This document shows, one piece after another, positions 26,120 through 36,580 of a stretch of 64,000 nt of DNA. The stretch covers positions 21,194 to 85,193 of the forward strand of contig CAZHFC010000007.1 of NCBI GenBank assembly GCA_964531985.1. The letters run 5' to 3'. Both the position numbers and the translations under genes were made by a program. The DNA is from an uncultured Bacteroidales bacterium. Lineage in GTDB: Bacteria > Bacteroidota > Bacteroidia > Bacteroidales > B18-G4. Below the pieces are notes generated by a model. It ran no database searches. It saw only the letters and a program-made list of their open reading frames with translations, and was not told the DNA's origin. Positions within the stretch are counted from its first letter, which is position 1; each line of letters opens with the position of its first letter.

Positions 26120-28660
26120 TCAGAAATTCACTGCCAGGCGCAGGTTGATCAGCCTTGGCGTGAGGTAGTTCGGAACGGCATACTCGCGGCCGTCCTTGTC
26201 TTTTACCCAGATATACGAAATGGTGTTTGATATCTGGAAGAGGTTGAATACTTCGAGGCTGATCCAGGCCGTTTCAATAAAACGCAGCGGGTTTTTAGGC
26301 CCGATGTTCGTGTATCCGCCGATCAGCTGTTTCGAAAATCCGATATCAACACGGCGGTATGGTGGAATGCGGTATACATGTTCATGTTTGGGAGAGTTGG
26401 GAGGGCCAAAGGGAATGCGGCTGCCAAAGATCAGTTTTAGCTGCATCTTCCAGGTAGGATTGCCGGGGATGTAATCCTGGAAGAACAGGGCAAAGTGGAC
26501 ATGCTGGTCGGTGGGGCGCGGAATATACCCCGGATATACCACACTGCTGTCGACGGCTGTCTGGTCTTCGGTGTAGCCGGGAATGATCTTTTCGCCCGAC
26601 TCATTGTAATATTCCCGGAAAAAGTCGTTTTCGATGTCTTCCATGGTCTTCAGTAACGACAGGCTGGCCCATGATTCGATGCCTTTGATGAATTCGCCGT
26701 TCACCTTCAGGTCGAGCCCGTAAGCAAAACCCTTCGACAGGTTATCACCGTAATACCTGATCCGGACATTGTCGACGGTATAGGGAACCAGCTCGTCCAG
26801 TATCTTGTAATATGCTTCTGCAATGAACTTAAAGGGCCGGTCCCATGCCTTGAAATCCCAGTCGAGCCCGGCCACAAAATGGATGGATTTTTGTGCCCGC
26901 ACATTGGGGTTGATGCGTCCCTGCAGATCTCTCAGTTCCCTGTAAAAGGGAGGCTGCTGGTAATAGCCGGCCGAAAACCGGAAAAGGATGTCCTTTTCCC
27001 ATTGCGGGCGCAGCGACAGGCTGGCCCTGGGACTGAAAACAAACTGATTGTTCACATCCCAGTATGTGGCCCGCATGCCTGCCACCACAAATGCCGTGGC
27101 GCGTGTGAAACGGATGTTCCAGGTGTTTTGAAGGAAGGCCGAATAGCGGTTCGACTGAAAGCTGGTATCGGTGCGGTAAGCCGAGAAAAGCTCCAGTTGG
27201 GGATTATACACGGGTGCCGGATCTCCGGTGGTGAAAGGCGGCTCGGGGATGGAATACCCGGCCGAATCGATGAGTTCCCATTCGTTGAGCCGGTCATATA
27301 TGATCTCGTGCTGGTATTTGGCGCCCCATTGCAGGTAATGATTGCCCAGATCGAAATGCCCTTTGTGTTCGGCATTGTAAACACTGGCTTGCAGGTAATT
27401 TCTGGCATGGTCGAGGAAACCGCCAACACCCTGGGCTTCTACAACCTCCCCGAACTGCTCGTCACCGATTTGGTTTTCAAGCCTTCCGATATAATACTCG
27501 CCAAGTATGTCGAAGGTCTCGCTTTCGCGCGTCTGGAAGGCCGAAGCGATGAACTGCAGCTTCAGCTTGTCCTGGGGGTAATGGTTAAGGCTCAGGGCCC
27601 CCATATAATTTTCAAAACGGTTAAGTTCCTGTCCTTCAAAATAAATATTCAGACGGTATGCTTCCTGTATCGTTCCGAATTCTGTTTGTCTGCTCGAGGG
27701 GATGACCTTATAGGAATTCCGGGCGTAATTCCCGAGCAGGGAAAGCTCCGTTTTCGGGTTGATCCGGTAGGCGAACAATGCCTGGGCATCCATGAAGTTG
27801 GGCTTGTAGTTGCCCTGGGTCTCAAGCCCGCGAAGTATATATGAGTTTGATTTGTACCGCAGGCCGGTCAGGTATGTGAATTTCCGGTTTTTCGACAAGC
27901 CTTCGATATGGGCTTCCGCTCCGAGGAGGCTGGCCTGGAAGGAGCCGGCGTTTGTCGTGGGCTTTTTGTATTGGATGTCGAGTACCGACGACATCTTGTC
28001 GCCGTATTTTGCTTCAAATCCGCCGGCCGAAAAGAGGATGGACCCGACCAGGGCGGAATTGATGAAGCTCAGCCCTTCCTGCTGCCCTGCCCTAATCAGG
28101 AAAGGCCTGTAAATTTCAATGCCGTTGACATAAACGAGGTTTTCGTCGAAATTGCCGCCGCGCACAGAATATTGCGAACTCAGTTCATTTCGCGAAGCCA
28201 CGCCGGGAAGCGTTTTGATCATGTCCTCGATACCGCCCGCCAGGGTTGGTATCTCGGTGGCCACCTTGGGATCGAGGCGTTGCAGGTTGGTGTGCCTGAT
28301 CTGCTTATCAGTGATCTCCACGTCGGGCAGCTCTTCGGCTGTTCTCTTCAGCGTGATGTTGAGCTCCCGCCTTTGTCCAGGCTGGAGAAAGACCCTGAAC
28401 AACTGCCTTTCGAAACCAACAAAGGATATGACCAGTTCGAGTTCGGTTGAAGCGGGCACCGATAATTCAAAGCTGCCATCATCACCGGTAGCCACGCCGC
28501 CGGCGTAACCGGTCACGGCAAGGTTGGCATATTCAACCGCCTTGCCCTGCTCATCGGTCACCCTGCCGTAAATGACGGACTTTTCCTGCGCAAAGGCCAG
28601 TGCCGGAAGCAGTATGAAAAAAAAGGCAGCAATGGTTTTCAGCATATATGATGTCATCAT
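26120..28660 (-). CDS. TonB-dependent receptor with N-terminal carboxypeptidase-regulatory-like domain
   Basis: Signal peptide, YGRVTDEQGKAVEYANLAV (CarboxypepD_reg), plug region, long beta-barrel ending in ...LRLAVNF with terminal Phe. The start is more likely the ATG at 28645 (MLKTIAAFFF). Confidence 0.85.
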   Translation of the reverse strand: MMTSYMLKTIAAFFFILLPALAFAQEKSVIYGRVTDEQGKAVEYANLAVTGYAGGVATGDDGSFELSVPASTELELVISFVGFERQLFRVFLQPGQRRELNITLKRTAEELPDVEITDKQIRHTNLQRLDPKVATEIPTLAGGIEDMIKTLPGVASRNELSSQYSVRGGNFDENLVYVNGIEIYRPFLIRAGQQEGLSFINSALVGSILFSAGGFEAKYGDKMSSVLDIQYKKPTTNAGSFQASLLGAEAHIEGLSKNRKFTYLTGLRYKSNSYILRGLETQGNYKPNFMDAQALFAYRINPKTELSLLGNYARNSYKVIPSSRQTEFGTIQEAYRLNIYFEGQELNRFENYMGALSLNHYPQDKLKLQFIASAFQTRESETFDILGEYYIGRLENQIGDEQFGEVVEAQGVGGFLDHARNYLQASVYNAEHKGHFDLGNHYLQWGAKYQHEIIYDRLNEWELIDSAGYSIPEPPFTTGDPAPVYNPQLELFSAYRTDTSFQSNRYSAFLQNTWNIRFTRATAFVVAGMRATYWDVNNQFVFSPRASLSLRPQWEKDILFRFSAGYYQQPPFYRELRDLQGRINPNVRAQKSIHFVAGLDWDFKAWDRPFKFIAEAYYKILDELVPYTVDNVRIRYYGDNLSKGFAYGLDLKVNGEFIKGIESWASLSLLKTMEDIENDFFREYYNESGEKIIPGYTEDQTAVDSSVVYPGYIPRPTDQHVHFALFFQDYIPGNPTWKMQLKLIFGSRIPFGPPNSPKHEHVYRIPPYRRVDIGFSKQLIGGYTNIGPKNPLRFIETAWISLEVFNLFQISNTISYIWVKDKDGREYAVPNYLTPRLINLRLAVNF

Positions 28661-28677
28661 TGGCGGCTGTGTCTGTC

Positions 28678-29337
28678 TCAGTCTTTATCTTTTCGTTTGA
28701 AGTCACCATTTTCCCATGCCTGTATGAACTTGGCCCAGGCAAAGGGGTTCAGTATGGTTATGGGTTGCGTTTGCCCGTTATAATAAAGTTTTTCCACCTG
28801 CCGGTCGACCAGGTACTTGAAGTTGATGCTTCCCATGGCCGGAAGGTTTTCGGCCTTTGCCATCAGCTTGCGTGCTTCCAGGTTTTTTCGTGCAATTTCC
28901 AGATCGTCATCGGGGATCTCGAGGGTCAGGAATGCTTCTTTGAACTGCTGCCGTGTGGGCCAGGGGTATATGACGGTTTCGCTCAGAAAGATGGTATCGG
29001 CGGTCATGAGCTGGATCATGGAGTAGCGGTTGTTGTTTATGGTATCGGGGATGACGAAACGGCCGGTTTTAAACCCTACTGCACTGAACTCAACCGTATC
29101 GCGTTTTTTGGCTACAAAAGAAAAATACCCGCTGAAATCGCTCACGGTTCCCCGCATCGAATTCACCACGATGATATGTGCCAGGGGGATGGCCCTGAGG
29201 CTGTCGGAAGTAAGTATGACTCCCGAAAACTGCACGAGTTCACGTTGCTCCGTATCTTCAGCCTGCTGGGCCTGTACGATGCCTGCAAGAAAAAAGAGAA
29301 AGGCCAATAGCGGGATGTGTCCTGCGGAATATCTCAT
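28678..29337 (-). CDS. Carboxypeptidase-regulatory-like domain protein (secreted)
   Basis: Signal peptide MRYSAGHIPLLAFLFFLAGIVQA, FSGVILTSDSLRAIPLAHIIVVNSMRGTVSDFSGYFSF. The ATG at 29337 is preferred. Lies 17 nt downstream of the TonB receptor gene. Confidence 0.6.
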   Translation of the reverse strand: MRYSAGHIPLLAFLFFLAGIVQAQQAEDTEQRELVQFSGVILTSDSLRAIPLAHIIVVNSMRGTVSDFSGYFSFVAKKRDTVEFSAVGFKTGRFVIPDTINNNRYSMIQLMTADTIFLSETVIYPWPTRQQFKEAFLTLEIPDDDLEIARKNLEARKLMAKAENLPAMGSINFKYLVDRQVEKLYYNGQTQPITILNPFAWAKFIQAWENGDFKRKDKD

Positions 29338-29440
29338 GATGTGCAAAAATAAGCTAATTCGCCGTGATAGAAATAATGAACGTTTTTGGATGGCCATTAT
29401 TTTGAATTTCACCGCTTCGCGGGATTTTTAAGTCTGCGGT

Positions 29441-29471
29441 AAATAAAAAAGGCTGCCATAAAATGACAGCC
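29441..29471 (-). terminator. Rho-independent terminator of rpmB
   Basis: On the minus strand: GGCTGTC-ATTTTAT-GGCAGCC (7 bp including one G-U pair) followed by TTTTTTATTT. Lies 25 nt after the rpmB stop. Confidence 0.55.
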
Positions 29472-29495
29472 CCGTTGAATATGTTTTCCGGAAAA

Positions 29496-29735
29496 TCAGC
29501 CTTTGTAGAAGCCTTTTTCCCTGGCATCCTTCAATGCCTGGCTGATGCCTTTCTTGCTGATGGTGCGTATGCCCGCTGCAGAAACCTTCAGCGTAACCCA
29601 ACGGTCTTCTTCTTCAATGTAAAAACGCTTGGTTTGAAGGTTGGGATAAAATTTCCTTTTGGTTTTTATGTTTGAATGGGAAACGTGGTTCCCCACCATC
29701 ATCTTCTTGCCTGTAATTTCACAAATTCTTGACAT
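29496..29735 (-). CDS. rpmB: 50S ribosomal protein L28
   Basis: [34 protein letters not shown]... is a canonical L28 sequence. The ATG at 29735 gives 79 aa; the longer track ORF adds a non-L28 extension. Confidence 0.9.
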   Translation of the reverse strand: MSRICEITGKKMMVGNHVSHSNIKTKRKFYPNLQTKRFYIEEEDRWVTLKVSAAGIRTISKKGISQALKDAREKGFYKG

Positions 29736-29823
29736 TTTTCTATGTTTTTCAGGGTTGCGCTCAAAAAACGGAGTGCAAAGAACGTCATTTTTTTTGATAT
29801 TTTCAAATGAAAAATAAAAAACT

Positions 29824-31068
29824 TTAGGCAATCATCATCAGCCTGAGGTGGTTCAGGGCATGAACGGCAGCCAGCCGGATATTCCGTTGTCTGTTGATGC
29901 CAAAGTTATGTTTTTGTGCAATACTGCCTTTTGGTCCTGCAATCGCGATCCATACGGTGCCAACGGGTTTTTCTGCTGTTCCGCCCCCGGGCCCGGCAAT
30001 GCCGGATACGGCAATGGCATAGTCGGTACTGAACTTTTTTCTGGCTCCGGCTGCCATCTCCAGCACACATTCCCTGCTCACGGCCCCGTGGAGGCTGAGG
30101 GTTTCTTCTTTCAACCCTGGTAATTCCAGTTTTACCTCGTTCGAATAGGCGATGATCGAGCCTTTATAATATGCTGAACTGCCGGGGACAGAAGTGACGA
30201 GGTGTGCAATGTAGCCGCCCGTGCAGCTTTCGGCCGTTGCCAGGGTGCTGTTCCTTTCCTTCAGCAGCCTGCCGGCCACTTCTTCAAGCGTTTCCTCGTC
30301 ATAACCATAAATAAGGTCAGGGATGATGGAATGCAGCGCCTTCACCTTTTCATCCATCTCTTTGGCCAGTAATTCTTCGTCTGTGCCGCTTCCGCTCAGG
30401 CGAAGCCGCACAATGCCCGGTTGCGGGAGGTAGGCCAGCCTGATGTGGGGCGGGAGGTTGTCTTCCCAGCCGCTGATCGTTTCGGCCAGCATTGACTCTC
30501 CCATTCCCTGGGTGTTTACTTTTCGGTGAATGATGTATTGCCCGTTTCTCCTGCCAGCCAGCAAGGGCAGCACATGATCCAGCATCATGGCCTGCATCTC
30601 ATAAGGTACCCCCGGTAGTGAGATACAGATAAGGTTTTTGCGTTCAAACCACATGCCGGGTGCCGTACCGTTTTCATTCAAAATGACCTTACAGTTATCG
30701 GGTACTTCGGCTTGCCTGCGGTTTACCTCCAGCAGGGGCAGCCCTCTCCCGGCAAAAAGCATTTCCACGTTCCTGAGCGAAGCTTCGTGAAGCACAAGCC
30801 TGCCATTGAAATATTCGCAAAGACTGTGTTTGGTGATGTCGTCTTTGGTGGGGCCCAGGCCGCCGGTGAGAAGGACCAGTTCCGCCCGCGAAAAGGCATC
30901 GTCCAGCGCTGCGATGACGTCTTCCCTGCAGTCGGGGATGGCCGTGATACGGCCAACTGTAATGCCTGCAAGGCTAAGTTGCTCCGCCAACCAGGCAGCG
31001 TTGGTGTTGATGACCTGCCCGATCAGCAATTCATCTCCGATGTTGATGATCTCTGCTTTCAAGATCAA
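29824..31068 (-). CDS. cinA: CinA family protein (MoCF-binding domain plus nicotinamide-nucleotide amidohydrolase PncC domain)
   Basis: [26 protein letters not shown]-terminus, TAESCTGG in the C-terminal deamidase domain. TTG start in a TTGA overlap with the upstream stop codon. Confidence 0.85.
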   Translation of the reverse strand: MILKAEIINIGDELLIGQVINTNAAWLAEQLSLAGITVGRITAIPDCREDVIAALDDAFSRAELVLLTGGLGPTKDDITKHSLCEYFNGRLVLHEASLRNVEMLFAGRGLPLLEVNRRQAEVPDNCKVILNENGTAPGMWFERKNLICISLPGVPYEMQAMMLDHVLPLLAGRRNGQYIIHRKVNTQGMGESMLAETISGWEDNLPPHIRLAYLPQPGIVRLRLSGSGTDEELLAKEMDEKVKALHSIIPDLIYGYDEETLEEVAGRLLKERNSTLATAESCTGGYIAHLVTSVPGSSAYYKGSIIAYSNEVKLELPGLKEETLSLHGAVSRECVLEMAAGARKKFSTDYAIAVSGIAGPGGGTAEKPVGTVWIAIAGPKGSIAQKHNFGINRQRNIRLAAVHALNHLRLMMIA

Positions 31069-31961
31069 CTCATTATGTAGGTAAAGCCGAGCTGTTTCGG
31101 GATGATGGTCATGACGGGAACCTTCGACTCGGTAATGATGTCCTGTGCCGAAGAGGTGAGAAAGAGATCGAACAAACCGGATTCTTTCTGGGTCATGATG
31201 ATGATGAGGTCAATGTCGTCATGCTTTTCCGAAAATTGTAAAAGCATGGGCGTGAGGCTCCTGGCCGTGCCTTTCTTTTCAATGATCTCGCCTGAGCAAC
31301 TGATCCCCGCCTTTTTGATAAATGTGGTTACCTGTTTCATCTGGGTTTCGAGCTGGTTCAGCACGGTTTTGCTACCGGTCGACCAGTAAACGGAAACCAC
31401 TTTGATGGTGGAGCCGAATATCTTTGCCATTTCAATACCGTGGCTTACCTTTTGCCGGGTTTCCTCGGTCAGGTCGAGCGGGAGCAGAATGCTGCGGCAC
31501 CCGTTGTAGGAATGCGGGTTTTTAACGGTGATCACCGGGCATTCGGCCTTGTTGATCACCCGCAGGGCATTGGACCCGATATGGTTTTTCCCCGAGCCCG
31601 GCTTTTCATTGTTGATGCCCTGCACAATGAACCTCGATTGCAGCAGGTGTGAACTCTTGAGTATCTTGTCATAGGCTTTCCCTCGCGAAATGACGGCATT
31701 TACCCTGGTTCCCGAGCGGTTTGTGGCATCGGCGGCAATCTCCTGTAACTGGCTGCGCAGCTGCGACTCATATTCCTTTTTCATGCTTTTCGAACGTTCT
31801 CCGCCGAAGGCAGAGAACAGGTTTTGATTATCGCGGATCACATGCAGAAGCGTGATCTCCAGCCCGGTGATCTTGGACAGGTTAAAAGATTCTTCGAGAG
31901 CGATCAGCGAGCGTTCGCCAAAATCTGTCGGAACAAGAATGGTATTATAGATATTCTTCAT
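31065..31961 (-). CDS. Universal stress protein family protein (tandem Usp domains)
   Basis: ILVPTDFGERSLIALEE and ILLPLDLTEETRQKV repeat starts. 298 aa. Confidence 0.8.
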   Translation of the reverse strand: MKNIYNTILVPTDFGERSLIALEESFNLSKITGLEITLLHVIRDNQNLFSAFGGERSKSMKKEYESQLRSQLQEIAADATNRSGTRVNAVISRGKAYDKILKSSHLLQSRFIVQGINNEKPGSGKNHIGSNALRVINKAECPVITVKNPHSYNGCRSILLPLDLTEETRQKVSHGIEMAKIFGSTIKVVSVYWSTGSKTVLNQLETQMKQVTTFIKKAGISCSGEIIEKKGTARSLTPMLLQFSEKHDDIDLIIIMTQKESGLFDLFLTSSAQDIITESKVPVMTIIPKQLGFTYIMS

Positions 31962-32006
31962 AGCGATTTCCTTTTAAAGTGGGCAAAGTTATTTAATTTT
32001 GTTTGT

Positions 32007-32879
32007 ATGGAGAAGATTAAAGAATCGGAATTGATCATTAATCCCGACGGAAGCCTGTATCATGTAAGCCTGCGCCCTGAGCATCTTGCGGGTAAGGTTA
32101 TTCTGGTTGGTGATCCGCAGCGGGTGCCGATGGTCTCTTCCTGTTTCGACAAGATCGAATTCATGTTTGAGAACAGGGAGATCGTCACGCACACAGGATA
32201 CCTGAACAAGGTGAGGCTTACGGTGATGTCGACAGGCATGGGCACCGACAATATCGACATTGTGATGAATGAACTTGATGCCCTGGTGAATGTCGACCTG
32301 GTCAACCGTACCCTTAAGCCTCAGCATACAAGCCTGGAGATCATCCGGCTGGGTACTTCCGGTGCCATGCAGCCAGATATTCCGGTCGATAGCTTTGCCA
32401 TGGCCACGCATGGGATTGGAATGGACGGCCTGTTGCATTTTTATAAGCACAGCCGTGTCTGCGACAGGAAGATGGCCCGTGCCTTTGCAGCCCATACCCG
32501 TTGGCCCGGCGTTTTACCCGGGCCTTATGCTGTCAGAGGTTCGGAAGAACTGGCCCGCCGCCTGGGAGAAGGAATGATACATGGCATCACCATTACGGCT
32601 CCCGGCTTTTACGGGCCCCAGGGCCGGGAGATCCGCCTGGCGGCAGCCTATCCCCGAATGAACGAACGGATCAGCTCATTCCGGTACAACGATTTACGCA
32701 TCATCAACTTTGAAATGGAAACCTCGGCCCTGTATGCTCTTGGCAAACTGCTGGGCCATCATACCCTCACGCTTTGTGCGGTCATTGCCAACCGAATAAA
32801 GGAAAGCTATTCGCATAAGCCCAAAGAAACGGTCAAACGCCTGATCAGTTTGTTGCTCGAAAGGCTGACCCTTGCCTGA
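32007..32879 (+). CDS. Nucleoside phosphorylase (PNP/UDP family, uridine phosphorylase-like)
   Basis: YHVSLRPEHLAGKVILVGDPQRV, MSTGMGTDNIDIVMNEL, FEMETSALY. The ATG at 32007 is preferred; the track start at 31824 overlaps the divergent usp gene. Confidence 0.75.
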   Translation: MEKIKESELIINPDGSLYHVSLRPEHLAGKVILVGDPQRVPMVSSCFDKIEFMFENREIVTHTGYLNKVRLTVMSTGMGTDNIDIVMNELDALVNVDLVNRTLKPQHTSLEIIRLGTSGAMQPDIPVDSFAMATHGIGMDGLLHFYKHSRVCDRKMARAFAAHTRWPGVLPGPYAVRGSEELARRLGEGMIHGITITAPGFYGPQGREIRLAAAYPRMNERISSFRYNDLRIINFEMETSALYALGKLLGHHTLTLCAVIANRIKESYSHKPKETVKRLISLLLERLTLA

Positions 32880-32905
32880 TATGATCCCGCCTCCGCCGGC
32901 CCGGA

Positions 32906-33724
32906 CTATTGCTTTTTCCCCTTCAGCAGTTCACCCGTGTTTTCGGGAAGATATTCCTTAATGATGTTGTTGACCATTTCAGTGTATTCCTCTCCGCGTG
33001 AGGAATAGGAGGTGAGGCCTGCAGCCAGTTCCACCGGGTCGAGCGGCTTTTTCTTTTCCCTCATTGCGGCCCGGCTGCTGCGCAGGTCGCGATAGGCATA
33101 TCCTGTATTCAGGTTCCATAGGTAATCCCTGATGCAGGCCGCTTCACTCGGATAGCTTTTTACATAAAACCCGGCGCTGTCAGCACCTGTTGGGCTCATC
33201 CCGCAGCCTTCACGGTAACAGCGGATACCATAATAATTATTGGCTTCGCGGGCAAATTTCGAACTTCCCCAACCCGACTCGATGATGGCCTGCGCCATGG
33301 CCAGCCGGGCAGGTATGATATCGACCCGCCTCAGAAGTCTCGAAAATGTGCTGTCGGGAAAAGAGGGCGCCAGTACTGCAGAAGTATCAATCACTTCGAG
33401 CCTGTATTGCCGCAGGTAAGCGTTCAGTTCCCGGGCCATGGCCGCCGGGATGTGCGTGGCATCCCCTATGCTGTCGCGAATGTCAAGGATACGGTTCCTC
33501 TGCCGCAGTATGTCATTGTTGGCCTTTTGTATCGCAGGCAGGAAACGTGCAATAAAGGCCTTGTGCCCGTTGGGAACGTTTCGCGGCGTAATGATGTCAC
33601 TGGCATGGAGTACCGGTGGATCCGTAATGGGATGGCGTTCGGCCGTACGACGGCAAAAACACAGCGACAGCGACAGCATGGTTAAGATTAAAACCCTGAA
33701 ATATGGCCGGTCAATCATTTTCAT
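32906..33724 (-). CDS. Glucosaminidase (mannosyl-glycoprotein endo-beta-N-acetylglucosaminidase) domain protein, secreted
   Basis: LAMAQAIIESGWGSSKFAREANNYYGIRC matches the glucosaminidase-domain signature. N-terminal hydrophobic signal MKMIDRPYFRVLILTMLSLSLCFC. Confidence 0.7.
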   Translation of the reverse strand: MKMIDRPYFRVLILTMLSLSLCFCRRTAERHPITDPPVLHASDIITPRNVPNGHKAFIARFLPAIQKANNDILRQRNRILDIRDSIGDATHIPAAMARELNAYLRQYRLEVIDTSAVLAPSFPDSTFSRLLRRVDIIPARLAMAQAIIESGWGSSKFAREANNYYGIRCYREGCGMSPTGADSAGFYVKSYPSEAACIRDYLWNLNTGYAYRDLRSSRAAMREKKKPLDPVELAAGLTSYSSRGEEYTEMVNNIIKEYLPENTGELLKGKKQ

Positions 33725-33847
33725 TTGACGGGAAGTGTTTTTAATAGTAATTTTGATTTTGATAACAAACATAACGTTTCATCTGAGTGTTTGGTATCCG
33801 GAGGTGCCCGGCATGATGCGGAATCCTGCCTCAAATGGCTGAAAAAT

Positions 33848-34726
33848 ATGGCGGAAGATCAGAAACTTAAGGAGCTTAAGGCTTTACTGAGCCTGCTTGA
33901 TGAACCCGATCCCGAGGTATTTGAAAGGATCAGGAGCAGGGTGCAGGCCTATGGCACCGATGCCGTTACCCTGCTTGAGGCAAAGTGGGAGGAGTCGTTC
34001 GATCCTTTCCTGCAGGATCGTATCGAAGATATCATTCATTCAATTCAACTCGACGATCTGTATGCTGCCATATGCAGTTGGGCTCAGCTGGGAAGCGATG
34101 ACCTGCTCAAGGGTTTTATCCTGGCGGCACGTTACCAGTATCCCGATCTCGACACCGAAAAGATATTCAAGGAAGTGGGTGCCCTGGTGCAGGATGTGTG
34201 GCTGGAGCTTAACGACAGGCTTACGGCCCTTGAAAAGATCAAGGTGGTGAATCATATTTTATTCGATGTACATAAGTTCAGGGGGAATAAGAGTAATATC
34301 AGGAGCCCCGAAAACCTTTACCTGAATACCCTGCTGGAAAGCAGGAAAGGCAATCCTCTCTCCATAGGCATCCTCTACATGATCATTGCCAACAGCCTGA
34401 AGATGCCTGTTTACGGTGTGGACCTGCCAAACCATTTCGTGCTTGTTTACATGGACCTTAAAGGCAGCAGCGATGCCCCGGCAACCGGTAATCCCTTGTT
34501 CTACATCAACCCCTTTAACAGGGGTGCGCTCTTCACCCACCACGAAATTGAAGTATACCTTCGGCAGATAAAACTGCCTCCTGACGAAGTCTATTACCGG
34601 CCTTGCAACAACATCACCATCATCCGGCGACTGTTCGAAGAATTGATCAGCCTGCATGCCGGGCAGGGGAACCGGGAGCGGGCGGAAGAACTGAAGAAGC
34701 TTGCTTCGGCTTTGTCAGTGGACTGA
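33848..34726 (+). CDS. Transglutaminase-like (SirB1-type) family protein
   Basis: NLYLNTLLESRKGNPLSIGILYMIIANSLKMPVYGVDLPNHFVLVY matches the Transglut_core2/SirB1 pattern. The ATG at 33848 is preferred. Confidence 0.65.
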   Translation: MAEDQKLKELKALLSLLDEPDPEVFERIRSRVQAYGTDAVTLLEAKWEESFDPFLQDRIEDIIHSIQLDDLYAAICSWAQLGSDDLLKGFILAARYQYPDLDTEKIFKEVGALVQDVWLELNDRLTALEKIKVVNHILFDVHKFRGNKSNIRSPENLYLNTLLESRKGNPLSIGILYMIIANSLKMPVYGVDLPNHFVLVYMDLKGSSDAPATGNPLFYINPFNRGALFTHHEIEVYLRQIKLPPDEVYYRPCNNITIIRRLFEELISLHAGQGNRERAEELKKLASALSVD

Positions 34727-34758
34727 CCACATACGGCAAACCTATCCTGAAATTGGAT

Positions 34759-35361
34759 TTATTTTTTTCTGCGGGCAATCCCTGCTGCTGTCCGGAACAG
34801 GATCACAATGTCGCCCCAAAAGGATCTTTCGCGCATGTAGCGACGGTTAAGTAAAAGCTTTGCCGGCATGATCTCACTGATATATGTATTTTCGGGGTTG
34901 TTGCTGTTCCCGAGGAGTTCTTCCTCATTGATGTATTCGAGTGAGGCATAATCGGTCAGTCCCGGCCTGATGCTGAGTACCTGCAACTGCTCTTCATTGT
35001 AGGCTGCAACAAATTTTTCGACTTCCGGCCTGGGTCCTACAAAGCTCATATGTCCTGCCAGGATGTTGAACAGTTGGGGAAGTTCGTCGAGTTTTGACTT
35101 TCTCAGGAAATAACCGGCCCGGGTCACCCGGCCGTCGCGCCTGCCAATGGTGAGAAAGCCCCCGGCGTCGGCACCGGGCCGCATGCTCCTGAATTTATAT
35201 ATGCTGAAAGGTTTCTTATTTTTCCCCACCCGGGTCTGTGTGTAGAAAACGCCGCCACGCGAATCAAAAACGATCCATAGCGAAAGAATAATAAAAACCG
35301 GGCTCAGCAGGATGAGCAGGAATATGGCCAGGCATATGTCGAAAAGACGTTTGAGTATCAT
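34759..35361 (-). CDS. Small initiating phosphoglycosyl (sugar) transferase, PglC/WbaP C-terminal type
   Basis: KRLFDICLAIFLLILLSPVFIILSLWIVFDSRGGVFYTQTRVGKNKKPFSIYKFRSM, DELPQLFNIL, PGLTDYASL. The ATG at 35361 overlaps the upstream TGA (TGATG). Confidence 0.85.
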   Translation of the reverse strand: MILKRLFDICLAIFLLILLSPVFIILSLWIVFDSRGGVFYTQTRVGKNKKPFSIYKFRSMRPGADAGGFLTIGRRDGRVTRAGYFLRKSKLDELPQLFNILAGHMSFVGPRPEVEKFVAAYNEEQLQVLSIRPGLTDYASLEYINEEELLGNSNNPENTYISEIMPAKLLLNRRYMRERSFWGDIVILFRTAAGIARRKK

Positions 35362-36569
35362 CACAATTCCTCTTCAACAGCAGCGGTTACTGCACGGATC
35401 ACCATTCCGGCCTTCTCATCGTCGAGGTCGTAATATACCGGCAGGGAGATCACCCTGCTGTACTGGTGATAACTCGACGGATAGGCGTCAATGTCGTATC
35501 CCTGGTTTTTATAGTAACTGAGCATGGGCAGCGGAATGAAATGCACATTCACCGACACTCCTTTTTCGAAGATCTTTGTGATGATCCTGTTGCGTTTGTC
35601 TTCGCTGATGCCTTTGACCCGGAGCAGGTAAACGTGGCAGGAGCTTTTCCGGGTATCATCTTCAAAGGGGGGCAGCAGGGCCCAGTCCTTTTCTGAAAAG
35701 GCCTGGTTGTATTGGCCGAAGATCGCATTTCTTCGCGGCAGCATATCATCATCGTAGCGTGGCAGTTCAACGATGCCCATGGCTGCCTGTATGTCGGTCA
35801 TATTGTATTTGTAGCCGGCTTCTATCACGTCGTATTCCCAGTTTCCGCCCTGGCTCTTGGCCAGGGCGTCCCTGGTTTGCCCGTGAAGTGATTTGATACA
35901 AAGATACCGGTAGAGTTCCCCGTTGTCGAAAGGGGGTGGCATGTTCAGGCAAACGGCGCCGCCTTCAGCCGTGGTGAGGTTTTTCACGGCATGGAATGAA
36001 AATACCGTAATGTCGGTAAGTGCGCCTGTTTTTTTCCCTTTAAAAACGGCTCCCAGCGAATGGGCTGCGTCTGACAGCACCAGTATCCTTCCCAGCATTT
36101 CCTGTTCGGGGGTGTCGGCCCTGAACAACTTTCTGATGTCATCGTCTTCCACCATCTTCATAATGCCTTCATAGTTGCAGGGAAGCCCAGCCAGGTCTAC
36201 GGGCATGATCACCCGTGTAGCGGGGCTGATGGCATTGCGCAGTTTTCGCAGATCGATATTGAAATCGTTGCCGATGTCGACCATCACCGGCCTGGCTCCG
36301 CAGTGCACCACCACGTTTGCCGTGGCCGAATAGGTATAGGCGGGTATGATCACCTCGTGTCCGGGCCCTACGCCATACCAGCGCAACATCAGCTCCAGCC
36401 CCGAAGATGCCGAATTTACGCAAAGTGTGGCGGCATGCCCGCAATAGTCGCTGATCATCTTTTCGAACTGCTTGGTCCGCGGCCCGGTGGTGATCCAGCC
36501 CGAGCGCAGGGCGGCTGTCACTTCGTCAACGATCTTCTGGTCGATCCGGGGCGGTGAGAAGGGGATCAT
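35361..36569 (-). CDS. DegT/DnrJ/EryC1/StrS family sugar aminotransferase
   Basis: MIPFSPPRIDQKIVDEVTAALRSGWITTGPRTKQFE, FSFHAVKNLTTAEGG (PLP lysine context). Confidence 0.85.
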   Translation of the reverse strand: MIPFSPPRIDQKIVDEVTAALRSGWITTGPRTKQFEKMISDYCGHAATLCVNSASSGLELMLRWYGVGPGHEVIIPAYTYSATANVVVHCGARPVMVDIGNDFNIDLRKLRNAISPATRVIMPVDLAGLPCNYEGIMKMVEDDDIRKLFRADTPEQEMLGRILVLSDAAHSLGAVFKGKKTGALTDITVFSFHAVKNLTTAEGGAVCLNMPPPFDNGELYRYLCIKSLHGQTRDALAKSQGGNWEYDVIEAGYKYNMTDIQAAMGIVELPRYDDDMLPRRNAIFGQYNQAFSEKDWALLPPFEDDTRKSSCHVYLLRVKGISEDKRNRIITKIFEKGVSVNVHFIPLPMLSYYKNQGYDIDAYPSSYHQYSRVISLPVYYDLDDEKAGMVIRAVTAAVEEEL

Positions 36570-36580
36570 GGTATTTGTTT

